A stretch of DNA of 64,000 bases, from assembly GCA_040220235.1 (NCBI GenBank), contig JAVJTO010000070.1; one strand, written 5' to 3'. Under the pieces are notes generated by a model. The model did no database searches. It was not told the DNA's origin and saw only the letters and a program-made list of their open reading frames with translations. Both the position numbers and the translations under genes were made by a program. How positions within the stretch are numbered: position 1 is the first letter of the stretch; every line of letters begins with the position of its first letter. The stretch comes from Coleofasciculus sp. B1-GNL1-01 (lineage in GTDB: Bacteria; Cyanobacteriota; Cyanobacteriia; Cyanobacteriales; Coleofasciculaceae). Below are positions 30,766 through 41,250 of the stretch, in pieces.

Positions 30766-31827
30766 ATGGAAACTGCACGTACAAACGAACCGCAAGTCAC
30801 AGTGGTTGTTACCCCACGAGAGCGTTTCAGCTATACTCGTGAATCCCTGGAGAGCATTTATGACTATACGGAAATTCCCTTTAACTTGGTTTATGTCGAT
30901 GGGGGTTCGCCTCAGCATATCCAGCAATATTTGGCAGATAAAGCACAGGAGAAGGATTTTCAGCGGATTCGAGTCGATCGCTACCTGTCGCCTAACCAAT
31001 CCAGAAATTTAGGATTGCGTCAGGTCAAGACAAAGTATGTTGTTTTCATCGACAATGATGTTGTTGTCACACCCGGTTGGCTGAAGGGATTAGTCGAATG
31101 TGCCAATGAGACAGGAGCAGCAGTGGTTGGACCCGTAATCTGCATTGGCACGCCAATTCATGACATGATCCATAATCCTGGCGGAAGCATCTCGATCAAG
31201 GAGGAGCAGGTTGGCGAGGAGCAAATACGGCGTTTTCACCACAAGTGCCATTTTAAAAGACGAGTGGATGACGTGCGCGATCGCCTCCAACGAGCAGAGT
31301 GTGACTACGTAGAGTTTCACTGTATGTTGGCTCGCACTGACATCTTTGAAAAGACGGGTCCCCTTGATGAAGGTTTGTTCAGCACTCGCGAACACCTCGA
31401 TTTTTGCATGATGGTGGCTCGTGCTGGAGGCAAAATTTATGCAGAGCGACAGGTGATTGTGACCTATGTTCCCGGACCGCCTGTGCAATGGTCTGACCTG
31501 GGCTTCTTTATGCTGCGCTGGAGTGATGCTTGGGATTTAGCCAGTCTGGAACATTTCCGAGAAAAGTGGGACTTGACTGAAGATCATTACTTCCAAAGCC
31601 GATATAAAAAGCTAGGATTCCGCCGACATAAAGCTTATGTCAAACCTCTAGCCAAAAGCCTTCTGTTTGGACAGCGCAGTCTGACATTAGAAAAAATTCT
31701 CATCCGTCTCGATAGAATGGTGAACCGTCATGTCAGCGATCGCTACGCCCGAAGCCAACGTCAGAGCGCTCCCACTCAAGGCTTAGAGATGCAACCGTTT
31801 CCAGCAAGTACTAATCCTTCTAAGTAG
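30766..31827 (+). CDS. GT2 glycosyltransferase (paralogue of 13019-14101)
   Basis: VVTPRERFS, FIDNDV, EFHC, VTYVPGPP..WSDL.F.MLRWSDAW. Confidence 0.9.
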   Translation: METARTNEPQVTVVVTPRERFSYTRESLESIYDYTEIPFNLVYVDGGSPQHIQQYLADKAQEKDFQRIRVDRYLSPNQSRNLGLRQVKTKYVVFIDNDVVVTPGWLKGLVECANETGAAVVGPVICIGTPIHDMIHNPGGSISIKEEQVGEEQIRRFHHKCHFKRRVDDVRDRLQRAECDYVEFHCMLARTDIFEKTGPLDEGLFSTREHLDFCMMVARAGGKIYAERQVIVTYVPGPPVQWSDLGFFMLRWSDAWDLASLEHFREKWDLTEDHYFQSRYKKLGFRRHKAYVKPLAKSLLFGQRSLTLEKILIRLDRMVNRHVSDRYARSQRQSAPTQGLEMQPFPASTNPSK

Positions 31828-31918
31828 GGTTTGCTGAATAAGTATTGTGGTGAGGGTAGGCAACAGGGAACAGTTTTCTCATAACTTCAATTTCAACCGC
31901 CCTGCCCTTAAATGGTGC

Positions 31919-33478
31919 TTACCCAAAACCACAGAACCATACTGTTGTACCAATAGCTAGAATTAATACGAATCCCCAAACAATCAATAAGACTAGGGAA
32001 ACTTTACCTAAAGCCGGATTATCGGCAGCCTCTTGGCGAAGAGTAAACGGGAGAAAGTTGAGGTGATTCAAATGGTTTAAATAGGGTCTCTTGTCCGGAT
32101 TACTATTGACACAAAACTTAGACAATGAGCCGTTGCTCAAACAAACGATATTAATCAAACGCTGACCGATGCGGAATTCAAGCCGAGACCCCGGCATTCC
32201 CACTCTAGCTTGATAAATTTCTAAGTTCATCGGCATTGCCACCGACGCAATTTGGAATAGAATCGCTAATGTGAAGATTCCCCGTAGTAGCCACACCTTT
32301 ACCCCTTTAGCCGATAGAAGATGCTGGATAAACAGACCAGTCAGGGGAATAAGTAATAGGTGAACAGACGTCAGATGATACCTTGCCCCCCAAGCATTAT
32401 CCCCGTGCCAGAAACCAAGACGACTGGTGAGAATGATATGGATACCTAAGTTGAGGATTCCCGTCACCAGATACCACTGTAGGTAGGGAGAAAGTCGCCG
32501 CCAAAATCTGATGGCTAACACCAAGCCCGGTAGTAATAATGGATCATAGATAAAAAAACTTTTGGCTGGTGAAAAAAACACGCCCCAGAGTCCAGGATAT
32601 CGATTGCTAGAAAACTCATCAGGCATGCCAATTTTAGCGGCATTCGACGAATTGGATTTGGGGTTGATTTGATGCAATAGTAAACCTTGTCCATGAGTCA
32701 AAAAATTACCATAGCGAATGTAATCCAAAAGGCGTCCGAGGAACGCCAAGGGAATAAAACCGACAATCCACAATCCGATAACTTTGAGAACTTTGCGCGT
32801 ATTCCGATTTTGATAAGCAGCACAGCCGAATAAGAACAAGACGACGGTTAACGCATGAATAGCACTGGTCACCCGGATCAGCATAGCCGCCCCCAGTGAT
32901 AATCCACTCCAGATCAGAAAACGAGGATTTTGGCGTAGTAGAAAAGCCAGTGCATTAGCGTAACCGAGAGTGACAAACAGCAGGACTTGATTATTCTGGT
33001 GATGCACTTGAGAGTAATGCAAAACTGTTGTCCCCAGTAACCAAGCAATACTCGCTAAACCCGCGATTTGTTCTTCAAAGTTAAACAGTCTGAGCAACCA
33101 GAAACAAGAGACGACAACCGCCACATTTAAAGGGATAAAAATTAACAGACTGACAACTAAAGCTCGAAAATCCTTGGCGGGTAATATGGGGAACCATTGA
33201 TGAAGCTGAGTTCCCAACCAGTCACCCGGAAGCATCAGCATAGACTGTCCCGGTTCATAGGCGATGTAACGCTTACCCCCAACGCCGACGACTCCTAACC
33301 GGATGTCGGTTCGCCCTCTGGGTTTATAATCGGGAGCAACTTGTACTTCTTCGGTTCCTGTCCACCAACTATGAGCCATCTGCAACCTGAGTTCTGTATC
33401 TAGGACACCCAATGTTCCGGAGTTGATAACGGTAATCCATAAGAAGGCAATCAACGTTATCTTGGAAATCGTTTTCAT
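31919..33478 (-). CDS. Multi-TM membrane protein, GT-C fold-like
   Basis: A first TM followed by an acidic loop (LDTE), many TM helices, SPAKSFFIYDP and WHGDNAWGARY. Confidence 0.6.
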   Translation of the reverse strand: MKTISKITLIAFLWITVINSGTLGVLDTELRLQMAHSWWTGTEEVQVAPDYKPRGRTDIRLGVVGVGGKRYIAYEPGQSMLMLPGDWLGTQLHQWFPILPAKDFRALVVSLLIFIPLNVAVVVSCFWLLRLFNFEEQIAGLASIAWLLGTTVLHYSQVHHQNNQVLLFVTLGYANALAFLLRQNPRFLIWSGLSLGAAMLIRVTSAIHALTVVLFLFGCAAYQNRNTRKVLKVIGLWIVGFIPLAFLGRLLDYIRYGNFLTHGQGLLLHQINPKSNSSNAAKIGMPDEFSSNRYPGLWGVFFSPAKSFFIYDPLLLPGLVLAIRFWRRLSPYLQWYLVTGILNLGIHIILTSRLGFWHGDNAWGARYHLTSVHLLLIPLTGLFIQHLLSAKGVKVWLLRGIFTLAILFQIASVAMPMNLEIYQARVGMPGSRLEFRIGQRLINIVCLSNGSLSKFCVNSNPDKRPYLNHLNHLNFLPFTLRQEAADNPALGKVSLVLLIVWGFVLILAIGTTVWFCGFG

Positions 33479-33840
33479 CTAGCCTCCTGGTTACCTGTTA
33501 CATGGTTGATGGTTCAAATTTTTGGGGAGATAGTCCCAAACAGGGTGCAATTAACGCTATAACTTGATTAGCATAACTTGATTAGCGATCGCTTCGCCGC
33601 CGTCTGGCTGAGAATTGTTGCCCTGTGTGTCTCCCTGCTGGCAACCTTTTTAAGCTTATTGTACTACAAAATACACGTCAAGTTGAAGTACAATATATGG
33701 GATACAAAACTATATACTATGTGAATCCGGCGCAATTTTATAGAATTGGAAGGATATTTAAAATGAAATTGGTAAAACCAAACGAATTTTGACCTTGTAC
33801 TGGACAAATCAAGTCAATCGATACTGGCAGGGGTAAACTG

Positions 33841-33887
33841 ATGAATGTTAAATATGATTCAGATGCAGATATTCTCATCTTTATTTT
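33841..33887 (+). pseudogene. Possible DUF2283-like gene start, cut by a MITE
   Basis: MNVKYDSDADILI resembles the DUF2283 N-terminus. The resemblance ends at the inverted repeat at 33888. Confidence 0.4.
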
Positions 33888-34046
33888 TGTCAACTTAAGC
33901 CACAATCCTTGCCAATTATTGTTTCGAGCAGTTCGACACAAACTGATCGTATTGCTTCTCCCTAAGCTATTACAGGAGCAAGAGCAATCCGCAAGAACAT
34001 TCTCTTGCTTCCCCTGCTTCCCCTGCTTTTAGCGCTTAAGTTGACA
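33888..34046. mobile_element. MITE-like element with a 13-bp perfect terminal inverted repeat
   Basis: TGTCAACTTAAGC at 33888-33900 and GCTTAAGTTGACA at 34034-34046. Confidence 0.75.
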
Positions 34047-34250
34047 CCAATGGTCGCTGGATTATCTGGCATGGGGAAGCCTATTAATTTGATCGACTCG
34101 CCCTCATCGGTCATCTGGAAGCCTATAACAATGTGGCACTAGCAATAAAATTGCTACAATCCACGCGGTCTAATAACGTACCTTTTGGGCGTAAAGTAGA
34201 TAACAATGAGAAATAGCGATGATCGCGCTAGTCATGACTAGAGGTGCTGA

Positions 34251-35996
34251 ATGCTTTATTTTATGATTACCTGGCTTTTTCTGATTGGTGTTTGTTTCTC
34301 AATTGGCACAGCTATTTTGCATCGGTTGCAAGCCGATCGCATTGATCGCAGAGGCGATCGCTTCATCGCCGCCGTCTGGCTGGGAATCGTTGTCCTGTGC
34401 GTCTCTATGCTAGCAACCTCTCTGATTTTACCGTTATCTAGCGCCGTTGGCTTTGTCCTTGTCCTCGGTTTAGTCGCCCTATCTCTCCTGTCTCAGCCCA
34501 CCCGGCGTGAACTGGTGACATTTCGCTCAATTCTTTCTCCCAGCCTTATCGTTGGATTTATTACCTTAGAATTAATTATTGCCGCTTTTACCAGTCAAAA
34601 AATAGTCTGGTTTGACACCGGACTCTATCACTTTGGTTCTATGCGATGGATGTCTCAATTTGGCGCGGTTAATGGATTAGCACTAATTCATGGCAAGTTT
34701 GGCTTTACCTCCTCTTGGTTTGCTCTCGCCGCACCACTTACATCGCCAATTTTTGGCAGTCGAGTCAGTGCGATTACCAATGGTTTTGTCTTCCTTATCG
34801 CTATTTTACAATCTCTAATTACCCTCAACCAAATAGTCAGCCGGAAAGGACGCTTATCAGACTGGTTTTTATTAATATTTTCCGCTATTGCCATTCTCGT
34901 TTATACAGGAACCGCGTTTACGGGTTCACCGATCCTCATCTCATTTTCCCCTGATGTAACCGTAGCGTTTCTTATTGGCGTGACAGCCTGGTCAATTCTA
35001 GTTATTTCCCACAGCGCTCAATCTTCGTTACAGAATAATGATACCAAAACGCCTCTTGTCGATGCCAGAACCATTCCCCTAATTCTATCAGCCGGAGCCG
35101 TAACTGTTAAGCTTTCGGCGCTACCTCTGCTCCCCATAGGATTTCTTTTTTATCTGATGGGTAATCAGTTTAAACTCCAAATTAAGCGGCTCTTGACAGG
35201 CGGTGCTATTACTCTATTAATCCTATCACCCATGGTTTTATATAGCCTGACGACATCCGGATGTCCCCTGTATCCTTCAACTTTTATGTGCCTCGACCTG
35301 CCGTGGTCAGTTCCCATCGAGAAAGCCATGAAGGAAGCTAAACCCATCAATTTTTGGTGGGTGTTCTCGGATTCAGATGAGTCGGGATTGACGGCTATCG
35401 CGTTAGGTGTTTGGCGATGGTTAAAAGGCTCAATCAAGTCTCAAATAATGGCGTTTATTACAATTTTTGTTATTCTATTTTCTATTCCCATATTCAGACA
35501 ATTTAGAAAACATCTCAAATTAGGAACTGCTTGGATATTAATGTTAGGATTACTCGGCATTACTTTTATTATGCTGCAAAGTCCTTTAATCCGGTTTGGC
35601 TTGGGCTATTTTCTGCTTATTCCAGCTTTATTTGGGGCGATATATGGTAAACGTCTGTTTGAGAAAATTCCCTCTAAATTGACCCAGCCGCTGTTTCGAT
35701 TCACTCATACCCTAAAACAACCTCAAACAATCCTGTTGACTTCCCTATTTTTACTTGGTTTGACGACTGTTGGTCTGATTCAGGATAATGCTCAATCGCG
35801 GTTGATTTTACCTCCTCCCTTACCCAGCGTTAATCTAGTATCTGACCAAGTAAATGATGTTACGTATGTCTATCCAGCCAACTGGACAGTCCGATGCTGG
35901 GCATCTCCGTTACCCTGTTCAGCCGTACCGATTAAAAATATCAGGCTTCGCAACCCATCACGGGGAATTGGTGCTGGGTTTGTGTCTGTGAAATAA
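34251..35996 (+). CDS. Multi-TM membrane protein (LIC_10190-like, possible GT-C)
   Basis: FDTGLYH...GLALIHGKFGFTSSWF, SPD, VKLS, SGCPLYP, C-terminal CW.SPLPC. Confidence 0.7.
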   Translation: MLYFMITWLFLIGVCFSIGTAILHRLQADRIDRRGDRFIAAVWLGIVVLCVSMLATSLILPLSSAVGFVLVLGLVALSLLSQPTRRELVTFRSILSPSLIVGFITLELIIAAFTSQKIVWFDTGLYHFGSMRWMSQFGAVNGLALIHGKFGFTSSWFALAAPLTSPIFGSRVSAITNGFVFLIAILQSLITLNQIVSRKGRLSDWFLLIFSAIAILVYTGTAFTGSPILISFSPDVTVAFLIGVTAWSILVISHSAQSSLQNNDTKTPLVDARTIPLILSAGAVTVKLSALPLLPIGFLFYLMGNQFKLQIKRLLTGGAITLLILSPMVLYSLTTSGCPLYPSTFMCLDLPWSVPIEKAMKEAKPINFWWVFSDSDESGLTAIALGVWRWLKGSIKSQIMAFITIFVILFSIPIFRQFRKHLKLGTAWILMLGLLGITFIMLQSPLIRFGLGYFLLIPALFGAIYGKRLFEKIPSKLTQPLFRFTHTLKQPQTILLTSLFLLGLTTVGLIQDNAQSRLILPPPLPSVNLVSDQVNDVTYVYPANWTVRCWASPLPCSAVPIKNIRLRNPSRGIGAGFVSVK

Positions 35997-36123
35997 GTGC
36001 CTGAACATCAATTTTGTACGCTGTACTAAGAAATGTCAACAAGCCTCAAACCCTTACTGTTGCCTGTTGCCTGTTGCCTGTTCCCTAATCTCAACCGTTA
36101 ACTTTAATTTTGTCCGACTACTT

Positions 36124-37467
36124 ATGGCGACTTATCAAGACCGAGAAGCGTTTATTCCCTATCGTCGTAGCGATTTAATCGAACTGTGCATAGACGATGG
36201 ACAGTTACCTAACGAGAAGGTGCAACAGTTTCGGGATTTCTGTACTTTACTTTCCGCCTATTATCATTTTAAGTTTCATGCCTATTTGGAACGATTAAAG
36301 GATAATTATGATCCGTTCAACCCTGATGCGTTCAACCCGGATTCTGATACTCAATCGAGGATTGAACTCACTCCCGATAAATTAGCCGAACGCGAAGCGA
36401 ATGTGGTGACCGACTTTCAGACGATTCTTGAACGCGCCAATTATGTTCCCCTCTCTCCGAATAGTTTACAACGCGCCTTTAAAGAAAAGTCTTTAATTCA
36501 ACTGAAAACTGATGTTGATTTTGATGAATTTGACCAACTCGTCTGCTACTGTCGCGGAGATTATGAAAAAACAATTCAGGTAAAAAAGTTTTTAAAGAAA
36601 AAAGACAAAACAATAAATCTTTTTGAACGAGTTGTTTTATTGATTAAATTCAAAGACACCGATTATTTCAAACACAAAGGCGATGAACTAGATTCTCTCC
36701 AGTTCACACCAGGGAAAATGTATCTCTATTTTTACAAGAATATCCCTAAGTTTGACTTGGAACTCCTTTTCCCCAATATCAAAATTAGCATGACCTGGAA
36801 AGACCGCCTCTTCTTAATCGTTCCGGCTATTGGCGCTGCTATTCCAGTCATCTTGAGAGTTCTGCCTAAACTTCTTGTTGTGATTGCAGCTATTTTATTT
36901 TTTACCATGGGACCATCGGTTCTGGACACGATTCAGGCAAGTGAAGAGGAGGTGCGTGATATTATGCCCGTCCTCGTCGCTGTGTTATCGCTACTGGTGA
37001 CATTAGGGGGGTTTGCCTATAAGCAGTATAGCAATTATAAGAGTAAGCAGATTAAATTCCGCCAAACTGTGACCGAAACCCTGTTTTTTAAGAATATGGC
37101 AAATAATGCCAGCGTATTTCATGCCTTAATTGATGCGGCGGAAGAGGAGGAATGTAAAGAGATTATTCTAGTTTATTACCATCTTTTAATTAGCCAGAAT
37201 TCCCTAACTCCTGCCCAGTTGGATAACCGAATTGAAACTTGGATGGATAATAAGTTTGGCACCAAGATTGATTTTGATATCAATGGTCCAATTCAGAATT
37301 TAGAGAAGATCCGGGGTAAACTGATGCAAGATGGCAAAGATACGGCAAGTCTCCCGGAAATTCCGTTATTGACGAAAGATAAGCGAGGATGTTGTCAGGT
37401 TCTGCCTTTAGATGATGCTAAACGATTAATTGATTACATCTGGGATCATATCTTTCTCTACACCTGA
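36124..37467 (+). CDS. TMEM143/DUF3754-family membrane protein
   Basis: REAFIP, FERVVLL, FYKNIPKFDLELLFPN, LIDAAEEEECKE. Confidence 0.8.
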   Translation: MATYQDREAFIPYRRSDLIELCIDDGQLPNEKVQQFRDFCTLLSAYYHFKFHAYLERLKDNYDPFNPDAFNPDSDTQSRIELTPDKLAEREANVVTDFQTILERANYVPLSPNSLQRAFKEKSLIQLKTDVDFDEFDQLVCYCRGDYEKTIQVKKFLKKKDKTINLFERVVLLIKFKDTDYFKHKGDELDSLQFTPGKMYLYFYKNIPKFDLELLFPNIKISMTWKDRLFLIVPAIGAAIPVILRVLPKLLVVIAAILFFTMGPSVLDTIQASEEEVRDIMPVLVAVLSLLVTLGGFAYKQYSNYKSKQIKFRQTVTETLFFKNMANNASVFHALIDAAEEEECKEIILVYYHLLISQNSLTPAQLDNRIETWMDNKFGTKIDFDINGPIQNLEKIRGKLMQDGKDTASLPEIPLLTKDKRGCCQVLPLDDAKRLIDYIWDHIFLYT

Positions 37468-37508
37468 ATCATTAAGCTTCGCTGAGGGAACAGGAAACAG
37501 GCAATAGG

Positions 37509-37580
37509 TTGAGTGTGGAACAAGTGGCGGAGGCATTAGGGTTTGAGGTGAAAGACGTGAGAGATTTCTGTCAAACGTAA
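37509..37580 (+). pseudogene. Orphan C-terminal helical fragment of an Rpn-like gene
   Basis: Translates as LSVEQVAEALGFEVKDVR, typical of cyanobacterial Rpn-family C-termini. Confidence 0.5.
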
Positions 37581-37821
37581 CTTTTGTTTCGGATCTTGCG
37601 ATTATCTGGTGGTATCGTTATAAAATAGGGTTATATACTGTACTTCGGTACTTCCACCTAATGCCTTATCTTACGCAAGAATCATGCCAAAAGAACATAG
37701 GACTTCTGTGCAGTTTACGGCTGAGGAGCGTGAAACACCACATATCAAACGGTTAGGTTTTAGATGCTTGTGTTATTTTTCCAATGCCCTTGTGTGATAC
37801 TGGAGAGCCTTAACAAACATC

Positions 37822-37890
37822 GGTGGGTTACGGCGGATTGTTCATTAAATGGTTATCGCTTCCGTTTAAATCCCGCCTAACCCACCCTAC
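37822..37890 (-). repeat. REP-like element (GTAGGGTGGGTTAGGCGG...CCGTAACCCACC)
   Basis: A second copy with the same arms and a different loop lies at 61544-61612. Confidence 0.85.
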
Positions 37891-37914
37891 GTTACTACGT
37901 TACTTGTGTTCTGG

Positions 37915-38018
37915 TAAACTGTTCGGCATTTAGACCTTCATGTTAACAATGGTGAAATCTTTGTAATGCGAGCCGGAAAGCTCGCTACTAATACCCAATT
38001 TAAATGCATGACAACTTA
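37915..38018. mobile_element. ~104-bp MITE-like element with an internal GCGAGC...GCTCGC hairpin
   Basis: Imperfect TIRs TAAACTGTTCGGCATTTA / TAAATGCATGACAACTTA. Related copy at 42965-43070 and partial copies at 1163-1192 and 49781-49807. Confidence 0.75.
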
Positions 38019-38115
38019 TGGTAATCTTTACGCGATCGCATCCCATCCTCCACACGCTTCCTAACCCCTACCCAAAGAGTGCTACCCTAGAAAACACTGC
38101 CTCATATTCCCGACT

Positions 38116-40179
38116 ATGCCATCTTCTCACCAACCTCTGAACTACCCCACCACCCGCCAAGCTGATCAAGTAGACGACTATCATGGCACGAACGTCGCTG
38201 ATCCCTATCGCTGGTTAGAAGATCCCGACTCCGACGAAACCAAAGCCTGGGTAGAAGCACAAAATAAAGTCACCTTTGGCTATCTGGAAGACATCCCCCA
38301 ACGGGAATCCCTGAAACAGCGCATCACCAAACTCTGGAATTACGAAAAATATGGCATTCCCTATAAAGAAGGGAATCGCTACTTCTATTTCAAAAATGAT
38401 GGACTCCAGAACCAAAGCGTTCTCTACACCTTAACCTCTCTGGATGGAGAACCCAGAGTCCTGATTGATCCCAATACCCTCTCCGAAGACGGGACTATCG
38501 CCCTATCGGGTATCGCGATTAGTGACGATGGGAACCGCATGGCGTATGGTTTATCTACCTCCGGTTCCGACTGGCAAGAATGGAAAGTACGGGATGTGGA
38601 AACGGGAGACGATTTATCGGATCATCTTAAATGGGTGAAGTTTTCCGGTGCATCCTGGACAACGGATAATCAAGGCTTTTTCTATAGCCGCTATGATGAA
38701 CCCAATGATGCCACAAAATTAGAAGATGCTAATTATTATCACAAACTCTATTATCACAAACTCGGCACAGACCAATCCGATGATCTGTTAATTTACCATC
38801 GCCCTGACCAGAAGGAATGGATGTTTAATGGGTCGGTGACAGAAGATGGACATTATCTGATTATTTATGTCAGTCAAGGAACTGATCCCAAGAATCTGGT
38901 TTTCTACAAAGACTTACAAACTCCCGACTCTCCTATCGTCGAATTAATTTCAGAATTTGAAGCGAATTTCAGTCTGATTGACAATGACGGGTCAATCTTT
39001 TGGGTTCAAACTGACTTAGACGCACCACGAGGTCGGGTGATTGCCATTGATATTCATAACCCAGGGCGCGAGAACTGGCAAGAACTGATTCCCCAATCTG
39101 AAGAAACATTAGAAGATGTCGGTGTTCTGAATAACCAGTTTGTCGCCGATTACCTCAAAGATGCCCGTTCTTCGATTAAGATTTTTGACCTCAATGGTGC
39201 CTTTGTCCGAGAAGTGGAATTACCGGGAATTGGTTCAGCCGGGGGATTCGGCGGGAAGCGGTATGATACGGAAACCTTCTATGTATTTACCAGTTTCACC
39301 ACCCCAGCCACGATTTACCGCTACGATATGGTAACCGGGGAACGTTCCCTATTTCGCCAACCGACCGTAGACTTTGATCCGACTCAATACGAAACGCGAC
39401 AAGTGTTCTACCGGAGTAAAGATGGGACACAAGTGCCGATGTTTATTACCCACAAAAAGGGGTTGGCATTAGATGGCAATAATCCCACCTATCTCTATGG
39501 TTACGGTGGATTTAATATCTCCCTAACTCCCAGCTTTTCAATTAGTAATCTGGTGTGGATGGAGATGGGAGGCGTGTATGCGATTCCGAATCTCCGAGGC
39601 GGTGGAGAGTATGGCGAAGATTGGCATCAAGCGGGAACAAAGCTGAACAAGCAAAATGTGTTTGATGATTTTATTGCCGCAGCGGAATGGTTAATTGAGA
39701 ATAACTATACTCGCCCGCAAAAACTAGCAATCGGTGGCGGAAGTAATGGCGGTTTATTAGTCGGGGCTTGTATGACTCAGCGTCCCGATTTATTCCGTGC
39801 TGCCCTTCCTTCAGTTGGGGTTCTGGATATGCTGCGCTTCCATAAGTTTACGATTGGTTGGGCGTGGTGTTCTGATTTTGGTTCACCGGAAAATCTGGAG
39901 GAATTTAAGGCGCTTTATGCCTATTCTCCGTTACACAATCTCAAGCCAGGGACGGCTTATCCAGCTACATTAATTACGACGGCGGATCACGATGACCGCG
40001 TGGTTCCAGCCCATAGTTTCAAGTTTGCTGCAGCGTTACAAGCGGCACATGCTGGGGATAATCCGGTCTTAATTCGCATTGAAACTAAGGCGGGTCATGG
40101 TGCGGGAAAACCGACGGCTAAGATTATTGAAGAAATTGCCGATAAGTGGGCATTTTTGCAGCGAGTTATGGATGTCTAG
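38116..40179 (+). CDS. Prolyl oligopeptidase (S9A)
   Basis: DPYRWLED, GGSNGG nucleophile, DHDDRVVP, AGHGAGK. Confidence 0.96.
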   Translation: MPSSHQPLNYPTTRQADQVDDYHGTNVADPYRWLEDPDSDETKAWVEAQNKVTFGYLEDIPQRESLKQRITKLWNYEKYGIPYKEGNRYFYFKNDGLQNQSVLYTLTSLDGEPRVLIDPNTLSEDGTIALSGIAISDDGNRMAYGLSTSGSDWQEWKVRDVETGDDLSDHLKWVKFSGASWTTDNQGFFYSRYDEPNDATKLEDANYYHKLYYHKLGTDQSDDLLIYHRPDQKEWMFNGSVTEDGHYLIIYVSQGTDPKNLVFYKDLQTPDSPIVELISEFEANFSLIDNDGSIFWVQTDLDAPRGRVIAIDIHNPGRENWQELIPQSEETLEDVGVLNNQFVADYLKDARSSIKIFDLNGAFVREVELPGIGSAGGFGGKRYDTETFYVFTSFTTPATIYRYDMVTGERSLFRQPTVDFDPTQYETRQVFYRSKDGTQVPMFITHKKGLALDGNNPTYLYGYGGFNISLTPSFSISNLVWMEMGGVYAIPNLRGGGEYGEDWHQAGTKLNKQNVFDDFIAAAEWLIENNYTRPQKLAIGGGSNGGLLVGACMTQRPDLFRAALPSVGVLDMLRFHKFTIGWAWCSDFGSPENLEEFKALYAYSPLHNLKPGTAYPATLITTADHDDRVVPAHSFKFAAALQAAHAGDNPVLIRIETKAGHGAGKPTAKIIEEIADKWAFLQRVMDV

Positions 40180-40217
40180 TCCCGAATAACCAATGACGAA
40201 TGACCAATGACAAATGA

Positions 40218-40568
40218 TTAACAATAAGCACTGATATCTTCCCCACATTGGTCAGCCAAGTAGCAAAGGGCGCGAAAGCGAAGGCTAACAAATTCGTCGT
40301 AGAAAGGATTGAGTTTGCACAAGGGAGGAATGTGGGCAACCCGACGCCCAAAGAGGCAAATATCGCGTTCAAAAGGACATTGGGCGGGAATCATTTTGCA
40401 GAAGAATCTAGCTTTGGTGGGGTTGTGAATTTCGATGTTCTCTAACCATTGCTTGATGGTTTGCAGTGGCTTGATGGGTTGTTGGGGCGAGGTGGGAGGG
40501 GTGATGGGGTTTGTCTTGGCTTCAACAGGGGTAGAATTGATCAGTCCGTTTTGGTAGGTGGTATACAT
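40218..40568 (-). CDS. 'Mo-dependent nitrogenase C-terminal domain' small protein
   Basis: CKMIPAQCPFERD...HIPPLCKLNPFYDE...LRFRALCYLAD.CGED. Confidence 0.9.
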   Translation of the reverse strand: MYTTYQNGLINSTPVEAKTNPITPPTSPQQPIKPLQTIKQWLENIEIHNPTKARFFCKMIPAQCPFERDICLFGRRVAHIPPLCKLNPFYDEFVSLRFRALCYLADQCGEDISAYC

Positions 40569-41250
40569 GGTTTGATTTGCTCCGTATGTGTGGTTTATTT
40601 GTCTCTATTCATAATTTAACCCAATTTAGCGACAGCACAAATATAAAAAACTATTATCATTGATTAGCTCTGCTTGTAGGCATCGTCCTGTTGGGGGCAG
40701 ATTGGCGGCGGGGGAAGCGGGGGAAGCGGGGGGAGCAGGGGAAGCAGGGGAAGCTGAGGGAGCAGGGGAAGCTGAGAGAGCAATGATACATTTTCCCTGA
40801 TAGCGGTGTAAGGGTATGAAAAAGTTTTACCTTATGTCCTTGAAGATGATCCAATTTCCATGTTACTCAAAGCCTTGATAGATAATGGTTTTGGAGTTGT
40901 GCAGTAAACCCTAAGTAGAAAATCTCCTATGAATTAAAAGTTGGGCGAGTCGCCAACTTTAAGTGTTTATAACTTTAAGTGTTTATATTTCCGTGGAATA
41001 TTGTACTGATCGCAACACTTTATAATAGTAGTTATTAAGCTAGGGTGCGCGATGATGATGTTAACGTTACCAGTACCTGTTGCTTGTCAGCGTTAGAACA
41101 CTGAGAACTACAGCTAAAAGATGATTCAGAATACCGGACTAGAGGCGACATGTTCTTGGTCAAATCTGGCGCTGTTGGCGTGGTAAAGGATTAAGTTTTG
41201 ATCCTTCGCTTCGCTCAAGAACAGGGTTTTGATAATAAGGATAATTCGCA

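Noticed and set aside
38116..40179. RiPP macrocyclase role for the prolyl oligopeptidase
   Set aside because: No precursor or modification genes are adjacent, and the sequence looks like a standard housekeeping S9A enzyme.
40218..40568. Nitrogen fixation gene
   Set aside because: The domain name is historical. It is a common small cyanobacterial protein and no nif genes are nearby.
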